In this document: positions 36,344 to 47,947 of the stretch, one piece after another | Layout: each line of letters starts with the position of its first letter | Numbering within the stretch: the stretch's first letter is position 1 | NCBI GenBank assembly: GCA_043758615.1 | Contig: JAYVNE010000199.1 | Coordinates: 5 to 64,004, forward strand | Source of the DNA: Akkermansiaceae bacterium | GTDB lineage: Bacteria > Verrucomicrobiota > Verrucomicrobiia > Verrucomicrobiales > Akkermansiaceae | Direction: 5' to 3' | DNA: 64,000 nucleotides | Position numbers and translations under genes: made by a program | Notes under the pieces: generated by a model | What the model saw: the letters and a program-made list of their open reading frames with translations, nothing else | The model's database searches: none | Told to the model about the DNA's origin: nothing

Positions 36344-36980
36344 GGTATATTTCGGATTAGACTAACACACTGCTGGGAAAATTGTTTTCCAAGCGTTAAT
36401 GATCTATAACGCAGATCGGGAAACATGTCCAATAGCTTTTTGCCTTCAAAAAATCAAGGGTCGTGGGCGCACCGCCTCAGCCCACAAATTAGGCTGATCG
36501 CGAGGGCCCGAACCGTGAGTTCGATAGTTTGCGGGGAAATGCAGTTTGCTACAAAAATCATATCGATTTTATTTCGTAGAAGCGAAATCTGAACAAGACT
36601 CTTTGACTAACAGCCCGCATCACTCGTGTCCACGATCTTTCGCTTGGCCGTGCGCTTATGGATCCACACCTAGCCGAAAGAATCGCTTCGTGAAGCCGGG
36701 CGACCCGATGGTTTGCTAAATGTCTGCGAACCCTGATGAGGTAAATAGAGCAGGGGTGGAAAATGCCTGTAAAGGAGTCCAGTCGACTAGATTGCTGCTG
36801 CTCGTCAGTTGCACGATTTGAGTGAGACGGCCGGGAGCCTTCGGATACTGCAAAGTCACGACGCCTCCCTCATATTTCAAAATCAGCGGGTTGGCCGTTA
36901 GAGACTAACGGATCGGTGCCGTCATCCAGCGCGAGGCGAGTGTCGCGTAAAATTCAAAGTGACGGACAGGTTGGCATAAC

Positions 36981-37071
36981 GTGGATGCGGCGTCTCGCCG
37001 CAACGGAATCACCCTTGAAGACGGAACACCGACCAACGCATCGACCCGTTGCTGCGAGACGCAGCAACCAC
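36981..37071. repeat. REPIN-like pair of inverted 22-bp REPs
   Basis: gtggatgcggcgtctcgccgca (36981-37002) versus the reverse complement of tgctgcgagacgcagcaaccac (37050-37071); each copy is itself a hairpin. Confidence 0.7.
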
Positions 37072-37171
37072 GACCATCACTCCACCCGGCATATTGAATT
37101 TTAAGCGACACTAGAATGCCAAATCGAGCCCGTGTTCACACACATAAGTCACAGTTCTCTCATCCGTCAAA

Positions 37172-37633
37172 TCACGCAATCATCCGTGAGGAAATGGCGC
37201 GCTTCGTGTGCTCCACGGTTTCCGCCTCCTCCTCGTCCATCGAGGAGAGAATGCCCACCAGATCGGTCGCGATTTCTTTACGCATGTGGGAGACGAATTC
37301 TACACCCTTCGGAGTGATGCGCACCATGATCTTCCGCCGATCTTCCGAAGCATGGACACGTTCCACGTAACCTAACTTCTCAATGCGATCCACTAGGCCG
37401 GTTGCCGCTGCCGTCGAGTGACCCATTTTCCCGGCGATGTCCGTCATGGTTAGATATTCTTCGCTGGAAAGATAAGTCAGCAGAAAGAATTGTGGATACG
37501 ACAAGTTGCCGCGATTCAACTCTTTCGAGAGGTTCAGGATGCAGCCGCGCTGAGTGAACAGGACGAAGTCTGCGAGACGGCCGGCATCGGCCTTGACCGA
37601 AGCACTCGGGGTGCTTGATAAGCTCATTTTCAT
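37172..37633 (-). CDS. MarR-family transcriptional regulator
   Basis: LSYPQFFLL…TMTDIAGKMGHSTAAATGLVDRIEKLGYVER….DRRKIMVRIT. Confidence 0.92.
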   Translation of the reverse strand: MKMSLSSTPSASVKADAGRLADFVLFTQRGCILNLSKELNRGNLSYPQFFLLTYLSSEEYLTMTDIAGKMGHSTAAATGLVDRIEKLGYVERVHASEDRRKIMVRITPKGVEFVSHMRKEIATDLVGILSSMDEEEAETVEHTKRAISSRMIA

Positions 37634-37885
37634 GGGGGGATGTTTGGGGGGTAAGCCCTCCTCGGGGTGAGGAGGGGAAAGCAAATTGCTTGCTGACGGT
37701 CAGACTCTGCCAGAATTCCGGACTCAGCGATATTACGTAATCGCGTGGCATTTCAAATTCCTGCTCCATTGCAAATTTCAAGCGCTAACAGTGAAACTAT
37801 CGCACACGGCTTAGTCGTTAGATTGATCCCGATAATTCACATTCTCATGCTCTCAAGAATGCGAGAATGATGGTTCCACCAAATT

Positions 37886-37919
37886 AAAAAAGCCTCCCGT
37901 TTTCACGAGAGGCTTTTTT
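37886..37919. terminator. Bidirectional intrinsic terminator downstream of typA
   Basis: aaaaaagcctc…gaggctttttt. Confidence 0.8.
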
Positions 37920-37956
37920 AAATGAGACTTGCGGAATGAATTCCGCGCTCCCGGTG

Positions 37957-39792
37957 TTAGCGCACAGCGCGGTCTTCGGTGCCTTTTTGAGCCCGCTTGC
38001 GGACGTTAGCGTCGAGGATGCGTTTGCGTAAACGGATGTTGAGCGGGGTGGCTTCGACGAGTTCGTCAGCATCGATGTATTCGATCGCACGCTCTAACGA
38101 GAACCGCAGGGCCGGAGTGAGCTTGGAGGTTTTGTCCTTACCCGACGAACGCATGTTATCGAGGTGTTTCTCTTTCACTGGGTTCACAGGAAGATCGCCG
38201 ACGCGTGGGTTTTCACCTACTAACATGCCGCCGTAAACCGCATCGCCAGGAGCGACGAAGAGGATGCCGCGGTCTTCGAGTGTTTGCAGGGAGAACGGGG
38301 TGGCGGTGCCGGAATCCATGGAAACGAGCGTGCCCGTGGTGCGGTTTTGGATTTCACCGGCGTGCAGACCGTATTCCTTGAAGAGGTGGGACATGATGCC
38401 GTGACCGGATGTTAGATTGACCAACTCGGTTTCGAAGCCGATCAGGCCGCGAGTCGGGATGGTCGCTTGAATGAAGACGCGGCCGGATGCCTCGGTGTCC
38501 ATGTGTTCCATCAGGCCCTTGCGGTTCATGAGGATTTTCAGGATGCCTTGGGTGTAGTCGCCAGGAGCTTCGACATAGAGTGTCTCGAAAGGCTCTAGCA
38601 GCTTGCCGTTGTCGTCGCGGCGATAGATCACGACCGGGCGGGAAACGAGGACTTCGAAGCCTTCGCGGCGCATTTGCTCTACGAGCACGGCGATCTGCAT
38701 GGCTCCACGGGCGGAAACGTTGAAGACACCCGACATATCGGTGTCCTCGACGGTGATAGAGATATTCGTTTTCAATTCGCGCATCAAGCGCTCGCGGATG
38801 GCGCGGGAGGTGACGTGTTTGCCTTCCTTGCCGGCGAGCGGGCCGTCATTGATAGAAAACTGCATCGACACGGTTGGCGGGTCGATGGCGACGAATGGAA
38901 GCGGTTCTTGTTCAGCGCTACCGGCGATGGTTTCGCCGATGTCGATGTTTTCAATACCAGCGGCGATGCCGACGATGCCGCCCGCGCCGCAACCATCGGA
39001 GTCGGCGGTGGCGAGGCCCGAGTAGGTGAAGGTTTTGAGGACCTTGGATTGCACCTTGGTGCCGTCTTGGCGAAGGAGGAAAATGGTGTCGCCCTTTTTC
39101 ACGCTGCCGCCGAGGACTTTTCCGACGGCCACACGACCGACGTATTCATCCCACTCGATGTTAGAAACGAGCATTAGGAACGGTGCCTCAGGGTCAGCAA
39201 TCGGCTCTGGGATGAACTCGATGATTTTCTTGAGAAGAGGAATACAATCTTTCCGCTCATCATCGGGATGGTCCATGAAATAGCCGTCGCGGGCGGAACC
39301 ATAGACGAAAGGCGCGTTGAATTGCTCGTCATCGGCGTCGAGGTCGAGGAAGAGTTCGAGCACTTGATCGTGAACCTTGAGCGGAGTGGCGAGCGGGCGG
39401 TCGATTTTGTTGATGACGACGATCGGCTTGAGGCCTTCCTGCATCGCTTTACGCAAAACGAAGCGGGTTTGCGCTTGTGGGCCACCGGAAGCATCGACAA
39501 CGAGGAGCACCCCATCGACCATTTTCATCACGCGTTCCACTTCGGCACCGAAGTCGGCGTGGCCTGGAGTATCGACGATGTTGATCGTGTAGCCTTCCCA
39601 GAGAATGGCGGTGTTTTTCGCCTTGATGGTGATGCCTTTTTCACGTTCGAGATCCATGGAATCCATTGCCCGCTCGGTGGTGGCTTGGTTTTCACGGTAA
39701 GTGCCGCCGGCTTGAAGAAGCTGGTCAACGAGGGTGGTTTTCCCATGGTCAACGTGGGCGATAATGGCGAGATTTCGAATTTTCAAGGACAT
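37957..39792 (-). CDS. typA: Translational GTPase TypA/BipA
   Basis: [42 protein letters not shown]-like [20 protein letters not shown]. Confidence 0.97.
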   Translation of the reverse strand: MSLKIRNLAIIAHVDHGKTTLVDQLLQAGGTYRENQATTERAMDSMDLEREKGITIKAKNTAILWEGYTINIVDTPGHADFGAEVERVMKMVDGVLLVVDASGGPQAQTRFVLRKAMQEGLKPIVVINKIDRPLATPLKVHDQVLELFLDLDADDEQFNAPFVYGSARDGYFMDHPDDERKDCIPLLKKIIEFIPEPIADPEAPFLMLVSNIEWDEYVGRVAVGKVLGGSVKKGDTIFLLRQDGTKVQSKVLKTFTYSGLATADSDGCGAGGIVGIAAGIENIDIGETIAGSAEQEPLPFVAIDPPTVSMQFSINDGPLAGKEGKHVTSRAIRERLMRELKTNISITVEDTDMSGVFNVSARGAMQIAVLVEQMRREGFEVLVSRPVVIYRRDDNGKLLEPFETLYVEAPGDYTQGILKILMNRKGLMEHMDTEASGRVFIQATIPTRGLIGFETELVNLTSGHGIMSHLFKEYGLHAGEIQNRTTGTLVSMDSGTATPFSLQTLEDRGILFVAPGDAVYGGMLVGENPRVGDLPVNPVKEKHLDNMRSSGKDKTSKLTPALRFSLERAIEYIDADELVEATPLNIRLRKRILDANVRKRAQKGTEDRAVR

Positions 39793-40057
39793 GGGAACAA
39801 GTGGATAAGATACGACCTCTGTGAGAAGGGGGGCGGGCTATGGACGGTTTTGGCGGTGATGGCAAGGCGGGATTCGGGATAAAAACAAATCGATGGATGA
39901 ATCATGAAAAAAGTGGATCATTTACTGACCTTGTGTTCTCAGAAGTCGCACATTTCAGTCGGCGATTGATGATTCAAAAGATCATAAGGCTTGAAATTCC
40001 GCATTGATTGAGCATAAACGCATTCGCGAGCCACTATCGCCCGCAATTTCACCCCTC

Positions 40058-41794
40058 ATGAGCGATTTGCACGCATCTGCCGGCTTTCTGGCACCTGACC
40101 CTGCCGAGCTGAACGAGCTCTTCCCGGGCTATGAAATCGAGAGCTTGATCGCCACCGGCGGAATGGGTGCCGTGTATTGCGCCGTTCAAAAATCGCTTGA
40201 TCGCACGGTCGCTCTTAAAATTTTGCCAAAGGAATTCAGCAAGGACGCCGCATTCTGTGAGGCCTTTGAGGCTGAAGCAAAGGCAATGGCGCGTCTCAAT
40301 CACCCGAATCTGGTTGGCGTTTACGATTTTGGCGAAGTGAATGACATGCTCTTCATCATCATGGAGTATGTGCCTGGAAAATCGATTTACCACTCCGCCC
40401 ACGGCCAAGCAATCGACCCAGGAGAAGTCAATCGGCTTGTCACGGATATCTGTAACGGCCTTGCCCATGCCCACGAGAACGGAATCATCCATCGCGATAT
40501 CAAGCCGTCGAATATTCTGCTAGATTTAAATGCCCGGCCGAAAATTGGAGACTTCGGCCTCGCACGTCCGATAGAACGCAAAGTACAGGAAGGTGAGGAA
40601 ATTTTCGGAACTCCACACTACACCGCTCCGGAGGTCGTGAATGACCCGCAATCCGTGGACTACCGCTCGGATATTTATTCCGTCGGAGTCCTCTTGCACG
40701 AGCTTCTCACAGGAAAGCTGCCTGCTGACGATCCGCGTCCTCCATCGGTGATTTCCCGATGTGATCCGCGTTATGATGTGATTGTCCGGCGAGCGACTCA
40801 TGTCGCCCCGGCAGGGCGCTATTCCAGCGCGGCTGAGATGGCAAAAGACCTCGCAATCATTGCCGCAGTATCAGGATCGCGAGGTGTCCACCCAGGAGTC
40901 GCCGCGAGCCATGGCCCAGGCGGTCCGCGCGTTGCAGGACCGATTCAAGCGCGGCGTCCGGTGAAAATTAAAAAATCATCGCACGCCCCGATGATTGTTA
41001 GGGTCCTGCTTTTGTTAGCGATTGGAGTCGGGGCCTACGTTTACCTCACCAAGCAGCAAGCCCCTGTGGTCGATGCTCCTGCGAAGCCCCAAAGCGCTGC
41101 CCCCGTGGAGCCAAGCGAGACAATCAAACCGCCGGTCGCTCCCGAACCCGCACCCGAAACGCAACTCGAAGCACCGCCACAAAAAGTCGAACCCAGCCCG
41201 ACTACCGAATGCACCATCGAGCCACTACGGCCAGAGCCCGAAGTCCCTGAGAAAGCAAGCACCCAGGCACTCCCTAAATTCGACGTCACTGGTTTTTTTG
41301 CAAAAGCTCGGAAAATCATGCAGGACCGCGCGAAACCTTACCTCACAGCGCATGAAACCGATCTGAAAACTAATTTTTCGTCGTTTGAAAGAACCCTCAA
41401 ACGCCAGGTTCGCAAACTTAAAGATGGGCGAGTCACAATGGAGTATAAGCTCGATATTGAAATCGCAAGTTGGGAGAAAAATGGTCCTACAATACCCCAA
41501 AAACTTGATGCCCTTCTCGCGAACATTCCTGACGCTGAGGAGGAATTGACCAAGCACCTTGAGAAAGAATCCGCCATCGAAGAAGCGTTCCAAAAATCGC
41601 TGATACCGCTCTCATCGACCTACAATTTAGGCCTCGAAAAGCAGATCGAACGGCTGAAGCTTGAAAACGACACTGCTGCTATCGTGCTCATCGAAGGGGA
41701 AATCCAGATGAACAAGCAATCTCCTGAACATTTCGCCGAGCTTATGATGGAGCTCCAGCCGAAAGTCCGTAATACATCCCGCAAAGCTCCGTAA
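40058..41794 (+). CDS. Hanks-type Ser/Thr protein kinase with TM helix and extracytoplasmic domain
   Basis: GGMGAVY, VALKIL, HRDIKPSN, DFGLAR, GTPHYTAPE, DIYSVG. Confidence 0.93.
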   Translation: MSDLHASAGFLAPDPAELNELFPGYEIESLIATGGMGAVYCAVQKSLDRTVALKILPKEFSKDAAFCEAFEAEAKAMARLNHPNLVGVYDFGEVNDMLFIIMEYVPGKSIYHSAHGQAIDPGEVNRLVTDICNGLAHAHENGIIHRDIKPSNILLDLNARPKIGDFGLARPIERKVQEGEEIFGTPHYTAPEVVNDPQSVDYRSDIYSVGVLLHELLTGKLPADDPRPPSVISRCDPRYDVIVRRATHVAPAGRYSSAAEMAKDLAIIAAVSGSRGVHPGVAASHGPGGPRVAGPIQARRPVKIKKSSHAPMIVRVLLLLAIGVGAYVYLTKQQAPVVDAPAKPQSAAPVEPSETIKPPVAPEPAPETQLEAPPQKVEPSPTTECTIEPLRPEPEVPEKASTQALPKFDVTGFFAKARKIMQDRAKPYLTAHETDLKTNFSSFERTLKRQVRKLKDGRVTMEYKLDIEIASWEKNGPTIPQKLDALLANIPDAEEELTKHLEKESAIEEAFQKSLIPLSSTYNLGLEKQIERLKLENDTAAIVLIEGEIQMNKQSPEHFAELMMELQPKVRNTSRKAP

Positions 41795-41862
41795 CTCGCT
41801 TTTTTTAGCCATCGAGGCCATACTTCCACTGGCGCACCGACTATTTCCATCTATCCTCGGGC

Positions 41863-44800
41863 GTGCCCCGAGTGAATAAGAACAACACCTCCCCTCCCAC
41901 ACCATCTGCCATTGTTTTACGAGGATGCCGCCAGCATAACCTGCAAAATCTCGACCTCGATATCCCTCTCGGGAAACTCACCGTAGTCACCGGCCCCTCA
42001 GGCTCCGGCAAATCCTCACTCGCCTTCCACACGCTCTATGCAGAGGGCCAAAGGCGTTATGTCGAAACATTCTCACCCTATGTCCGGCAGTTTTTCGACC
42101 GCATGGACAAACCTGCCGTCGATCACATCGATGGCATCCCCCCGGCAATTGCCATTGAGCAAAAAAATCACGTCCGCACGACGCGATCGACAGTGGGAAC
42201 GCTAACGGAAATTAACGATTATCTCAAACTTCTCTTCGCCCGTCTCGCCACCGGCCACGATCCTAACACGGGTGAAATCATCCGGCCTGATTCGCCCGAA
42301 TCCGCATCCATCTGGGCACGAGAAAATCTAGCAAAACAGGCGGTCCTCATCACTTTCCCGATCCCCGTTCCTGCCGATGCCAAACGCTCGGAACTCTTCC
42401 CATTCTTGAACTCTCAGGGCTACCTGCGTGTGCTTATCGCCGGAAAAATCCTGCGCACCGATGATGCAGCGGGATCAGAATTTATCCCGCCCGTCATTCA
42501 AGTCATCCAAGATCGGCTCGTCATCGCTCCTGAAAACGACTCCCGTTTACTCGAAGCATTCGAAGCTGCATTTCTCCTCGGTAAAGGCCACGCCACGATC
42601 TCGACCAGCGAACCCGCAGCGACTTCCCGCACCTTCAGCAGCACTTGGAGCAATCCGAAAACCGGCTTCACGCTGCGTCCGCCTACACCCGGACTCTTCT
42701 CATTTAATAGTCCGTTAGGCGCTTGTCCAAAATGCCGTGGCTTCGGCCGTGTGATCGGCATCGATCTTGAAAAAGCCGTTCCAGACCCATCTCTATCCAT
42801 CGCCAAAGGAGCCATCAAACCCTTCCTCGGTGAGCGCGGCGGCGAGTGCCAACAAGACCTCATCCGAAACTGCAGGGAACGTGGAATCGACACCAAAACG
42901 GCGTGGGAAGACCTATCCGAAGATGAGCGAGATTGGATTTACTACGGAGACCGTAGTACCGAAAACCTCTCTCCCGAAGCGCTTGAAGAACTATGGCACT
43001 CAGGTGAATGGTATGGGGTGAAAGGCTTTTTCGACTGGATGGAAACCAAAGCTTATAAGATGCACGTCCGCGTCTTTCTCAGCCGTTATCGTTCCTACAC
43101 CACCTGCGGTGCCTGCCGTGGCAAACGCCTGCAACCCGAGTCCCTCTGCTTCAAAGTCAGCGGCCGGTCCCTCCCTGATCTATGGGCTCTATCCATCACC
43201 GATCTCCTTCCTCTCATTTCCCTCCTCAAAGGTGAAATTGCGAATCGCCCGGTGGATGCCACGTTAGATCTTGTCGTGACCGAAATTGAATCAAGACTAG
43301 GATACCTCGATCAAGTCGGACTCGGCTATCTAACACTTGACCGCGCGACCCGCACCCTTTCCGGCGGCGAGGTGGAGCGGGTCAATCTAACCACCTGCCT
43401 CGGTGCCGCACTCACTGGCACACTCTTTGTTCTGGATGAGCCAACCGTTGGCCTCCACCCGCGCGATATTGATCGCTTGGTTGGAATCATGCATGACTTG
43501 CGCGACAAAGGGAATACCTTAGTCGTCGTCGAGCATGAGCAAACCGTGATGCTCGCAGCAGATCACCTGGTAGACCTCGGTCCCGGCGCAGGTTCGTTCG
43601 GTGGCAACCTCATCTATCAAGGCTCTCCCACGCATAAAGAATCTCAAATCTCAAATCTCAAATCTCAAATTCAAGCTGGCACCCTCCCGTGGCTTAACGG
43701 CACCAAATCTATCGCCACCCCCGCAAAGCGCCGCAAACCCGGAAAACAAACCCTTACCATCAAAGGTGCGACACGGCATAACCTGAAAAAACTCAATGTC
43801 GAAATCCCTCTCGGCCTTTTCGTCTGTCTCACGGGCGTTTCCGGTTCAGGCAAATCAACACTCGCCCATGATGTTCTCTATCTCAACCTTGCCCGCAAAC
43901 TCGCGCAGCAAGTCGATGGTGATCCCGCATCGATTAAGGATCTGCTAGGTTCACAACATTTGCACGGTGTAGAACTCGTCGATCAAACTGCCGTCGCACG
44001 CACTCCGCGTTCCACTCCTGCGGTTTTCCTCGGCGCTTTTGATCCGATCCGCCAACTTTTTGCGGTCACTCCAGAGGCCAAGGCCCGGGATCTAACCGCT
44101 GGATTCTTCTCATTCAACTCGGGCGATGGCCGCTGCGACCGCTGCGCCGGTAACGGCTTTGAAAAAGTAGAAATGCAGTTTCTATCCGACCTCTACGTCA
44201 CTTGTCCAGACTGCAGCGGACGCCGCTATAAATCCTCCACACTCGATTTACTCTATCTCGGCAAATCCGTTGCCGACATCCTTGATCTCACCGTGGTGGA
44301 GTCCATCACCTTTTACACCGCGACGACAGGCTTACCTCCGGCTCACACAAAGCGCCATCAGCAAATCATTAGATTGCTCTCACCGCTCGTCGAAGTCGGT
44401 CTCGGTTATCTCAAACTCGGCCAACCCCTCAACACTCTCTCCGGTGGCGAATCCCAACGCCTCAAACTCTGCCAGCTTCTCTCTTCAGCTGGAACGCAGG
44501 ATTCATCCCGCCCGAAGCTCCTCATCCTAGACGAGCCCACCACTGGACTCCATTTCTCGGACATCGAAAACCTGTTAGCCGTCTTCCAAAAGCTCGTCGA
44601 TTCTGGCCACTCGCTTCTCGTAATCGAGCACAACCTCGATGTTATTAAATCCGCAGATTGGATTCTCGACCTCGGTCCCGAAGCGGGACAACACGGAGGA
44701 CAACTCGTCGCCCAAGGCCCACCAGAAATCGTGGCGAACGCAAAAACCCCCACCGCCCAATTCCTCAAAAAAGCACTCTCCGGGACCGCGTGTCTTCAGA

Positions 44801-47484
44801 CTCGCTCTTCCTCTTCTCCATCAACTCTCAACTCTCCACTTTCCTCTAACTCCATCACCCTCCGCGGCGCACGCCACCATAACCTGAAAAATATTTCGCT
44901 AGATATTCCGCGTGATCAACTTGTCGTCATCTCCGGTCTATCAGGATCAGGCAAATCCACACTCGCATTCGATATCCTATTCGCCGAGGGCCAGCGCCGC
45001 TTCCTCGACTCCATGTCTGCCTACGCCCGCCAATTCGCTGAGCAATTAGAAAAACCTGAAATCGACCAACTCACAGGCCTTCCTCCCACCGTCGCCATCG
45101 AGCAACGCGTCTCCCAAGGCGGCGGAAAATCTACCGTGGCGACCGTCACCGAACTGTGGAATTTCATCCGACTGCTGTATTCAAAACTCGGCACACCCTA
45201 CTGCCCGGATTGTCATGTCCCCGTCGAAAAACAATCGATTTCTGCGATTGAGAACACCATCCGCGGTCAACTGAAAAAAGGCCCGGTCACCCTCCTTGCG
45301 CCACTCATCCGCAGCCGCAAAGGCTACCATACTGAAGTCGCCGAATGGGCCCTCAAGCAAGGTTTCACAAGACTCCTGGTAGATAAACAATTCAGGGACG
45401 CCGAGGGATTCACTCGTCTCGAACGTTTCAAGGAACACGATATCGACGTGGTTGTGGCAGCGGTTCCTAACCGCCAATCCCCCGATCTTCCTCTCTCCAT
45501 CGAGCGTGCTCTAACGATCGGTAAAGGACTCATCAAACTCTTCACGGCGGAAAAAAAGTTCGTTCTTCTCTCCACCAAATCAAGCTGCCCGAGTTGTAAC
45601 AGATCGTTTGAGGAGCTCGACCCACGGCTTTTCTCCTTCAACTCACCTCACGGATGGTGCCTCGAATGCCGTGGCCACGGTCGGGTTCCAAAACGCCGCC
45701 GAGCACTCGACGCGGCGCGTTTCGATTCCGTGTTAGAGGCCGAACTGGATGCCGACCGCGCACTTGAACGCATGGACGAGGTCGAACTTATCGTGTGCCC
45801 GCAGTGTCAGGGCTCCCGCCTCAATGATATCGCCTCCGCCGTTAGGCTAAGTGGCTGGGGAGTCTCGCCCCAGCCATCCACCGCCATCTCCGAACTAGGC
45901 CACCTTTCCATTGACGCCGCATCCGCCCATTTCTCCCAACTCAACTTCACCGAATCCCGCGAAACTCTGATCGCCCGCGACATCATCCCGGAAATCCGCC
46001 AGCGACTTTCGTTTCTACAGGAAGTAGGGCTAGGCTATCTACAGTTAGATCGCTCGGGTAACACACTCTCCGGCGGGGAGAGCCAGCGCATCCGGCTTGC
46101 TGCACAGCTCGGATCGAACCTGCGCGGTGTGCTCTACGTGCTCGATGAACCAACAATCGGCCTCCACCCACGCGACAACGCGGCTTTGCTCAAAACCCTC
46201 ATCGCCCTGCGCGACCAAGGGAATTCACTCATCATCGTCGAGCACGACGAGGATACTATCGCCGCCGCGGATCACCTCATCGACCTCGGTCCCGGAGCTG
46301 GCAGGCTGGGCGGTGAAATCGTCTATCAGGGCAAGCCGCCCACAAGTAAAAAGCCCGCCGCGAGATTCGCAAACTCCCCCACCTACCGCGCCCTCTCCGC
46401 CGTCATTCAACATCCGATCCGCGGTGCCCGCCGTCCCGTAAAAAAGGATCATCCTTTTCTTACTCTATCGGATTGCACGGCGAACAACCTCAAAAATGTG
46501 CAGGCGGCATTTCCGCTAGGGCGCTTGACGGTCCTAACTGGGATCTCGGGTTCGGGTAAATCCTCGCTCATGCATTCCTGCGTGGCAGCGCTTTTTAAGA
46601 ATGAAGCGAAGACAACGCGGATCAAGAAAACACAGCTTCCATTTGGAAAAACCAGCGGGGAAAAGACAATCAAAGCGTGCTATGAAGTGGACCAAAGCCC
46701 GATCGGCAAAACCTCCCGTTCCTGCCCTGCAACTTACGTGAAAGTTTTCGATCACATTCGCGCGCTCTTCGCTCAACTACCAGAAGCCCGCATGCGAGGC
46801 TTCGACGCCTCAAGGTTTTCCTTCAATACCGATGGCGGGCGCTGCCCAGAGTGCAAGGGCAATGGCCGCGTCAAGTTAGAAATGGATTTCCTCCCGAGCA
46901 CTTGGGTTCATTGTGAAACCTGCAATGGTCAACGCTACAATCCGGCAACGTTAGAAGTCACCTTTCGCCAGAAAAACATCGGCCAAGTCCTTGCCATGAC
47001 CATCGACGAAGCCTCCGCCTTTTTCGAATCCCAACCACGCATTGCTCACCCGCTCAAACTGATGGCGGATACCGGCCTCGGTTACCTGCAACTCGGTCAG
47101 GCTTCACCTACTCTATCAGGTGGCGAGGCCCAGCGCATCAAGCTCGTCTCCGAGCTCACCAAAGGGCGCGGCACCCGGGCCACGCTGAACAACGCCGCGC
47201 TCACCCAGCGCAATCTCTATCTGATCGAAGAACCCACCGTCGGCCTCCATTTGGAAGATGTCCAGCGGCTCATTGATGTGCTGCACCGCCTCGTCGATGA
47301 GGGCCACACCGTCATTGTCATTGAGCACCACATGGCCGTCGCCGCCGAAGCGGACTGGATCCTCGATATCGGTCCAGAAGCAGGTGAGGCCGGGGGAAGG
47401 ATCGTCGCCCAAGGCACACCGGAACAAATCGCAAAATCCCCAAAATCCCGGACCGCGCCCTTTTTGAAAATAGCGCTTGGATGA
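41863..47484 (+). CDS. uvrA: Double-length (tandem-fused) excinuclease ABC subunit A, 1873 aa
   Basis: Four Walker A motifs ([32 protein letters not shown]), four LSGGE signatures and the Zn-finger CxxC pairs of two UvrA units in one frame. Confidence 0.93.
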   Translation: MPRVNKNNTSPPTPSAIVLRGCRQHNLQNLDLDIPLGKLTVVTGPSGSGKSSLAFHTLYAEGQRRYVETFSPYVRQFFDRMDKPAVDHIDGIPPAIAIEQKNHVRTTRSTVGTLTEINDYLKLLFARLATGHDPNTGEIIRPDSPESASIWARENLAKQAVLITFPIPVPADAKRSELFPFLNSQGYLRVLIAGKILRTDDAAGSEFIPPVIQVIQDRLVIAPENDSRLLEAFEAAFLLGKGHATISTSEPAATSRTFSSTWSNPKTGFTLRPPTPGLFSFNSPLGACPKCRGFGRVIGIDLEKAVPDPSLSIAKGAIKPFLGERGGECQQDLIRNCRERGIDTKTAWEDLSEDERDWIYYGDRSTENLSPEALEELWHSGEWYGVKGFFDWMETKAYKMHVRVFLSRYRSYTTCGACRGKRLQPESLCFKVSGRSLPDLWALSITDLLPLISLLKGEIANRPVDATLDLVVTEIESRLGYLDQVGLGYLTLDRATRTLSGGEVERVNLTTCLGAALTGTLFVLDEPTVGLHPRDIDRLVGIMHDLRDKGNTLVVVEHEQTVMLAADHLVDLGPGAGSFGGNLIYQGSPTHKESQISNLKSQIQAGTLPWLNGTKSIATPAKRRKPGKQTLTIKGATRHNLKKLNVEIPLGLFVCLTGVSGSGKSTLAHDVLYLNLARKLAQQVDGDPASIKDLLGSQHLHGVELVDQTAVARTPRSTPAVFLGAFDPIRQLFAVTPEAKARDLTAGFFSFNSGDGRCDRCAGNGFEKVEMQFLSDLYVTCPDCSGRRYKSSTLDLLYLGKSVADILDLTVVESITFYTATTGLPPAHTKRHQQIIRLLSPLVEVGLGYLKLGQPLNTLSGGESQRLKLCQLLSSAGTQDSSRPKLLILDEPTTGLHFSDIENLLAVFQKLVDSGHSLLVIEHNLDVIKSADWILDLGPEAGQHGGQLVAQGPPEIVANAKTPTAQFLKKALSGTACLQTRSSSSPSTLNSPLSSNSITLRGARHHNLKNISLDIPRDQLVVISGLSGSGKSTLAFDILFAEGQRRFLDSMSAYARQFAEQLEKPEIDQLTGLPPTVAIEQRVSQGGGKSTVATVTELWNFIRLLYSKLGTPYCPDCHVPVEKQSISAIENTIRGQLKKGPVTLLAPLIRSRKGYHTEVAEWALKQGFTRLLVDKQFRDAEGFTRLERFKEHDIDVVVAAVPNRQSPDLPLSIERALTIGKGLIKLFTAEKKFVLLSTKSSCPSCNRSFEELDPRLFSFNSPHGWCLECRGHGRVPKRRRALDAARFDSVLEAELDADRALERMDEVELIVCPQCQGSRLNDIASAVRLSGWGVSPQPSTAISELGHLSIDAASAHFSQLNFTESRETLIARDIIPEIRQRLSFLQEVGLGYLQLDRSGNTLSGGESQRIRLAAQLGSNLRGVLYVLDEPTIGLHPRDNAALLKTLIALRDQGNSLIIVEHDEDTIAAADHLIDLGPGAGRLGGEIVYQGKPPTSKKPAARFANSPTYRALSAVIQHPIRGARRPVKKDHPFLTLSDCTANNLKNVQAAFPLGRLTVLTGISGSGKSSLMHSCVAALFKNEAKTTRIKKTQLPFGKTSGEKTIKACYEVDQSPIGKTSRSCPATYVKVFDHIRALFAQLPEARMRGFDASRFSFNTDGGRCPECKGNGRVKLEMDFLPSTWVHCETCNGQRYNPATLEVTFRQKNIGQVLAMTIDEASAFFESQPRIAHPLKLMADTGLGYLQLGQASPTLSGGEAQRIKLVSELTKGRGTRATLNNAALTQRNLYLIEEPTVGLHLEDVQRLIDVLHRLVDEGHTVIVIEHHMAVAAEADWILDIGPEAGEAGGRIVAQGTPEQIAKSPKSRTAPFLKIALG
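43641..43668 (+). repeat. (ATCTCAA)x4 heptamer repeat, in frame inside uvrA
   Basis: Encodes [13 protein letters not shown]. Confidence 0.9.
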
Positions 47485-47649
47485 TTGCTGGGCGCGAAGG
47501 TGTGCCTAATACAACCAAGTTCGAACAAGTGATAGAATGCTTAGCAGAATGCCGTCAATGATCACCCCAAGGCCATAGGGACGATCCGGCCCGTCATCCA
47601 CCCAAGGCATCGCTTCGAGGACTTCAATCACCGTATCCCTACCAGCGGC

Positions 47650-47820
47650 AGTTTCCAATACGGCTACGTTCCCAATTCCACCCTCGGCGGCTACCAAGTC
47701 CTTAAAAAGTGGCTCAGCTACCGCGAGTCCGCCCTCCTAAGCTGCCCTCTCACCGCCGACGAAGCCCAACAATTCACCCACCACGTCCGCTGTGACGGGC
47801 AGGCGGACATCGTGGAATAG
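47650..47820 (+). pseudogene. Remnant of a type ISP-like restriction-modification enzyme C-terminus
   Basis: Translates TLGGYQVLKKWLSYRESALL..PLT.DEAQ, matching the GGYQVLKKWLSYR motif I recall for this family; no upstream gene body. Confidence 0.6.
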
Positions 47821-47947
47821 AGAGGCGCGGCTTTTGGGAGGCAAGGTCAGGCAGGAATGCGTGTGTCGCGGGGATTGTGGGAACGAGGGGATGGCGGGGA
47901 TAGACTGGCGTGATTGGGATCGGACCGATCACGGCCGGAGTGAATTC

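Noticed and set aside
36672-36745. Hammerhead ribozyme suggested by CTGATGAG directly after a 7-bp stem and an upstream cGAAA
   Set aside because: The cleavage triplet would be GAT instead of NUH, stem III cannot form with GAAA, and stem II is only 2-3 bp.
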